From: an uncultured virus (IMG/VR IMGVR_UViG_3300000116_000008)
Taxonomy: Duplodnaviria; Heunggongvirae; Uroviricota; Caudoviricetes
DNA length: 20,000 nt
IMG/VR virus record: IMGVR_UViG_3300000116_000008
Strand: one strand, 5' to 3'
Shown: piece after piece, positions 16,948 to 20,000 of the stretch
How the letters are laid out: the number at the start of each line of letters is the position of its first letter
Position numbering within the stretch: position 1 is the stretch's first letter
Program-made: the position numbers and the translations under genes
The notes under the pieces: model-generated
What the model was told of the DNA's origin: nothing
The model's database searches: none
Seen by the model: only the letters and a program-made list of their open reading frames with translations

Positions 16948-17213
16948 TGAAAGAACGATCGTTAACAGAGCAATCTAAAAAGTTAATCGGTGAACCACAC
17001 TTTAGAAATCGAGTTTCCTACTACTATAATCACTCACGTCATGCTTATATTTTTTGTGTACCTTTAGGAGATGGGTCACGAGAAATGCTTCCAATTGCAC
17101 AATTTCAACCTATTATTTCAGATGAGATGCCTTATGATGCTACTGATTTAATAGAGCATATAGCTGACTGGATGAGTCAAGATATTGAACGCAACGATAA
17201 GCCTAACCAATGA
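16947..17213 (+). CDS. Hypothetical protein
   Basis: AAGGA RBS, TAATG overlap. Confidence 0.6.
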   Translation: MKERSLTEQSKKLIGEPHFRNRVSYYYNHSRHAYIFCVPLGDGSREMLPIAQFQPIISDEMPYDATDLIEHIADWMSQDIERNDKPNQ

Positions 17214-17386
17214 GACAGGGCGGATTAAAACCAAAATCACACAGCTCTGGAGTGTACTGGGTTCGTGCTTCTGCAAACCCAAAAGGAGAGGGTGCATCTA
17301 AAAAGAGCGAAGAAGAATCTCCAGCAATCAATTTTATCGCCACAGTCTTAACTGTACTAGCTGTAGCCTGGTATTTTGTATCTTAA
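17210..17386 (+). CDS. Small protein with C-terminal TM anchor (58 aa)
   Basis: ATGA overlap; hydrophobic C-terminus. Confidence 0.45.
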   Translation: MRQGGLKPKSHSSGVYWVRASANPKGEGASKKSEEESPAINFIATVLTVLAVAWYFVS

Positions 17387-17398
17387 CTATGGAAACGC

Positions 17399-17965
17399 AT
17401 GAGCAGACAAACTAAAGGTGTGCGGCTTAACACCACCGACTTCTATCCAACACCCTCTTGGTGTTACAAAAATCTAGACATCGACTGGTCACAATTTACA
17501 TCAGCACACGAACCGTGCAGAGGTGATGGTCGTATAGTTGATTGGTTAGGCAAAACGCTTCCTACCACCTACTCTGAGCTTCGTGAGGGCAAAGACTTTT
17601 TTGATTGGAGCGAAGGCGTTGACTTAATTGTTACTAATCCACCTTTTTCTTTAGCTCAACGATTTATTGACCACTCTATTGCCCATGCTAACACAGTCTT
17701 AATGCTACTTCGTATTAACTATCTAGGTTCTATCTCACGACATGATTGGTGGAAGGCTCAATCTCCTACTTCACTCTATGTTCTATCGAAGCGTCCGTCG
17801 TTCACCGGCAAAGGAACTGATGCTACAGACTATGCTTGGTATGTTTGGGATAAAACTGATAGAACTCCACGAGGTATTCATTTTGTGCAACCTCCTACTC
17901 GTGAACAAGCTACTGTTGATAATGCATCATGTGCTGAAGCGCTTGCAAACGCGAAACTTCTATGA
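17399..17965 (+). CDS. DNA amino-methyltransferase (m6A/m4C type)
   Basis: DFYPTP, EPCRGDG (motif I), IVTNPPF (motif IV), RPSF, YAWYVWD. Confidence 0.85.
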   Translation: MSRQTKGVRLNTTDFYPTPSWCYKNLDIDWSQFTSAHEPCRGDGRIVDWLGKTLPTTYSELREGKDFFDWSEGVDLIVTNPPFSLAQRFIDHSIAHANTVLMLLRINYLGSISRHDWWKAQSPTSLYVLSKRPSFTGKGTDATDYAWYVWDKTDRTPRGIHFVQPPTREQATVDNASCAEALANAKLL

Positions 17966-18315
17966 TATACCGTACAAGAAAAATGGTAGCACCAAAAGAT
18001 CTAAATGCTATTGGCACACTATTTGGTGGCAGAGTACTTGACTGGATTGATGAAGAAGCCTACATTTATGTGAGTTGTCAGCTGGATAGTATGAATGTTG
18101 TTACTAAAACAATAGGACGTATTGATTTTATTCATGGTGCAACACATGGAGATATTGTAGAGATTGGTATGGAAACTGTAAGCACAGGTAAAACAAGTAT
18201 TACAGTTAAAGCAACTATACGTAATATGAAAACACTAAAAGTTATAACACAAGTTGATGATATTGTATTTGTTAATATACTTGATGGCAAACCGCATCCA
18301 CACGGAAAACGCTAA
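17962..18315 (+). CDS. Acyl-CoA thioesterase, hotdog fold (YciA-like)
   Basis: DLN..GTLFGG..L.WIDE, GDIVE, G.TS..V, FV....GKP. Confidence 0.85.
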   Translation: MIYRTRKMVAPKDLNAIGTLFGGRVLDWIDEEAYIYVSCQLDSMNVVTKTIGRIDFIHGATHGDIVEIGMETVSTGKTSITVKATIRNMKTLKVITQVDDIVFVNILDGKPHPHGKR

Positions 18316-18523
18316 TAGAACTGTTCAAAATGTAACTGTGCAATGATTGATAACGAATATTTTGTATCAACCATCATATCTGGGTCTTTAGCAATCATAC
18401 AAAATGTATCAACTAACCTCTTGTTTTCCAGCCCAAATATAGTATTATGTACATATCACTAAAGAATAACCATTCCTTCTAAATACATATTCTCATTTCT
18501 ATTAATTAACCCTTCCAAACGCA

Positions 18524-18552
18524 TTGACAAATAGCAAAACTTCTGCTAATAT
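18524..18552 (+). promoter_or_regulatory. Sigma70-like promoter inside the non-coding block
   Basis: TTGACA-17-TAATAT. Confidence 0.5.
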
Positions 18553-19190
18553 TAGGTATCTAAGAAACGAATTAGCGTTATCACACAGCGTTATTTTTTT
18601 TGTGACAGCGATCACACGGCTGGAACACAGCTTTCGAACGAGCTTTTCCAGCCTCGAAAATAGACTTCATACATATATATGACCGTAGGGAATTACGCAG
18701 TATGCGCCCAACAAACGTTTGTTATATATTTTCCAGATGTTACATTTATACTAGCTATTTCCTTTTGACGCGAAGCGTCTGTCTGCATGTAGGTTATGTC
18801 ACGAAGTGACAGACCTGCTTCACCAACTTCATCAAAGTACATTTCAAGCTCGCGAACGGAGTTCGCTGCAGCTGCAAACCGAGCACTCGTCCAGCTCTTT
18901 TTCTCATTTTTTAGGCGCCGCAATACTACGTATTTGCACTATTTTACTCCGTAAAAACCATCTTTTTTCTATTTTTTTACTATATTTCATATATTTATTG
19001 ATGTTTTCTCTTGCATAATACGATTTTACGACACTTTTTCACATATTATTGACAGTGGCGACCGTAGGGAGCCAGGTTACTGTTGCATAATGGCTATTTT
19101 TATGGTATTTTAATAGGGAGAGGAGGGAGGGCTAGGCTCAAGCAAGGTCGAATCAGCATACAGCAGCAAGGTTTCAGGGCATGCACATCG

Positions 19191-19313
19191 AATATCGACT
19201 TTCCACTGGTGCAGGCAAGCACTACTGAAGGCATTTCAAATTTGCACTGGCGCAAGCAGGCGATAGTAAGATACTTTCACATTTGCACTGGTGCAGGTAG
19301 GCACTGCACATAA
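19191..19313 (+). repeat. Three degenerate 41-bp tandem repeats
   Basis: CACTGGYGCARG cores at 19204, 19245, 19286. Confidence 0.8.
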
Positions 19314-19338
19314 AAAAATAGGGAGCCGAAGCTCCCTA
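19312..19338 (-). terminator. Intrinsic terminator of the minus-strand A2-like gene
   Basis: Minus strand TAGGGAGC-TTCG-GCTCCCTA-TTTTTTT. Confidence 0.85.
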
Positions 19339-19357
19339 AGTCTCGCACGAAGTGCGA

Positions 19358-19657
19358 TTAGTTAGTGAAGTGGGCTAAAAGTCTAACTATAGCCTCTTTC
19401 GTTGCCCCCTCTAAACCTGCAACGTCAACACCGGTCTGCTCTAGGTCCTTAAGAAGTTCCTTCTTAGTTGGACCTAAGACCTTAGTTGATGTCGACTTTG
19501 GCTTAGCAACGTAGACACCTTCTCTAACTAACTTTGATCTTACTGACCTAACTGACTTACCAAGATCAGATGCGATATCGATAATGTCTGTGCCTGCTAA
19601 GTAGTCAGATGTGATTTTAGCAACTTGAGCTGCTGAGTAGTTTGGTGATTTAGTCAT
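19358..19657 (-). CDS. Second T5 A2-like DNA-binding protein (paralog of 13421-13738)
   Basis: Identical LGKSVRSVRSKLVREGVYVA core plus GP.KKE and EGATK; AGGGAG RBS before ATG 19657. Confidence 0.75.
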   Translation of the reverse strand: MTKSPNYSAAQVAKITSDYLAGTDIIDIASDLGKSVRSVRSKLVREGVYVAKPKSTSTKVLGPTKKELLKDLEQTGVDVAGLEGATKEAIVRLLAHFTN

Positions 19658-19691
19658 ATTTTCGTCTCCCTGTTTTTCTGATTGATAACTA

Positions 19692-19720
19692 TTTATACGA
19701 TATTTTAGAGCGAGAAGCAA
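19692..19720 (-). promoter_or_regulatory. Sigma70-like promoter for the minus-strand A2-like gene
   Basis: Minus strand TTGCTT-17-TATAAA. Confidence 0.7.
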
Positions 19721-19775
19721 GCGAAAAGTGAAAGTATGACTAACTTTTTTTTTACGTCTTAAAGTCATTTTACGC

Positions 19776-19805
19776 TTGACAACGGGCACCAAAGTATGGT
19801 ATAAT
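19776..19805 (+). promoter_or_regulatory. Consensus sigma70 promoter, divergent from the A2-like gene
   Basis: TTGACA-18-TGgTATAAT (extended -10). Confidence 0.8.
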
Positions 19806-20000
19806 AGTGGCGCTGCGCGCAAGACTCTTTAACTAGTTAACAATTGGCCGCTTCGCGGTAGGACTTCTACTTCGAATTGTCACTTTTTCACTGGCGCTAC
19901 GCGCCACTATAATCGACTTTTCACTTTACTACTGGTGCTGGGGAGCACTCTTTAATTGCGAATGCTAGTGCGACTCGTTATCATTCGCAGGGGGCCAAAA

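Larger units (their letters stand above)
18316..19320. other. ~1 kb non-coding palindrome/repeat-rich region (candidate injection-stop/terminal-repeat boundary or origin)
   Basis: No credible ORF; clustered hairpins and direct repeats between convergent genes. Confidence 0.55.

Noticed and set aside
16095..18041. ORFs 16095-16328 (-) and 17742-18041 (+)
   Set aside because: Fully overlap better-supported genes in other frames
18578..18587. DnaA box (TTATCACACA)
   Set aside because: Does not match TTATNCACA without a gap; single copy
19191..19313. CRISPR array interpretation of the 41-bp repeats
   Set aside because: Units are degenerate, the variable parts are far too short for spacers, and no cas genes are present
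18693..19313. ORFs 18693-18923 (-), 18806-19018 (+), 19083-19313 (+)
   Set aside because: No RBS, low-complexity translation, overlap hairpins and repeats
19658..19822. N-terminal extensions of the A2-like ORFs in the track (19822 and 13376 starts)
   Set aside because: RBS, promoter position and paralog alignment support ATG 19657 and ATG 13421

Overview
AT-rich segment of a probably marine, T5-like (Demerecviridae-like) dsDNA phage genome. Two N bases suggest a metagenomic assembly. Positions 1-18315 are a co-directional (+) early/accessory region. It carries many small ORFs, sigma70-type promoters (TTGCNN-17-TATTAT), tRNA-Trp(CCA), tRNA-Arg(ACG), a SleB-type cell-wall hydrolase, and Hsp20 with a ROSE-like thermometer. 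It also encodes sugar and metabolic enzymes (pyruvyl transferase, cupin, DegT aminotransferase, RpiB, acyl-CoA thioesterase) and a DNA methyltransferase. The most striking element is 12800-14490. A T5 A2-like DNA-binding gene sits between two long, GC-enriched, ORF-poor, heavily base-paired regions (~470 nt and ~750 nt). These look like large pseudoknotted non-coding RNAs of no family I can recognise. From 18316 on there is a ~1 kb non-coding block with GNA-triloop DNA hairpins, a dispersed GACCGTAGGGA motif, a perfect CRP-type palindrome and 41-bp-spaced CACTGGYGC repeats. A second, convergent A2-like paralog and divergent strong promoters follow. This layout resembles the T5 injection-stop signal and the edge of the pre-early terminal repeat. 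All family assignments are from motif recognition by eye; no searches were run.
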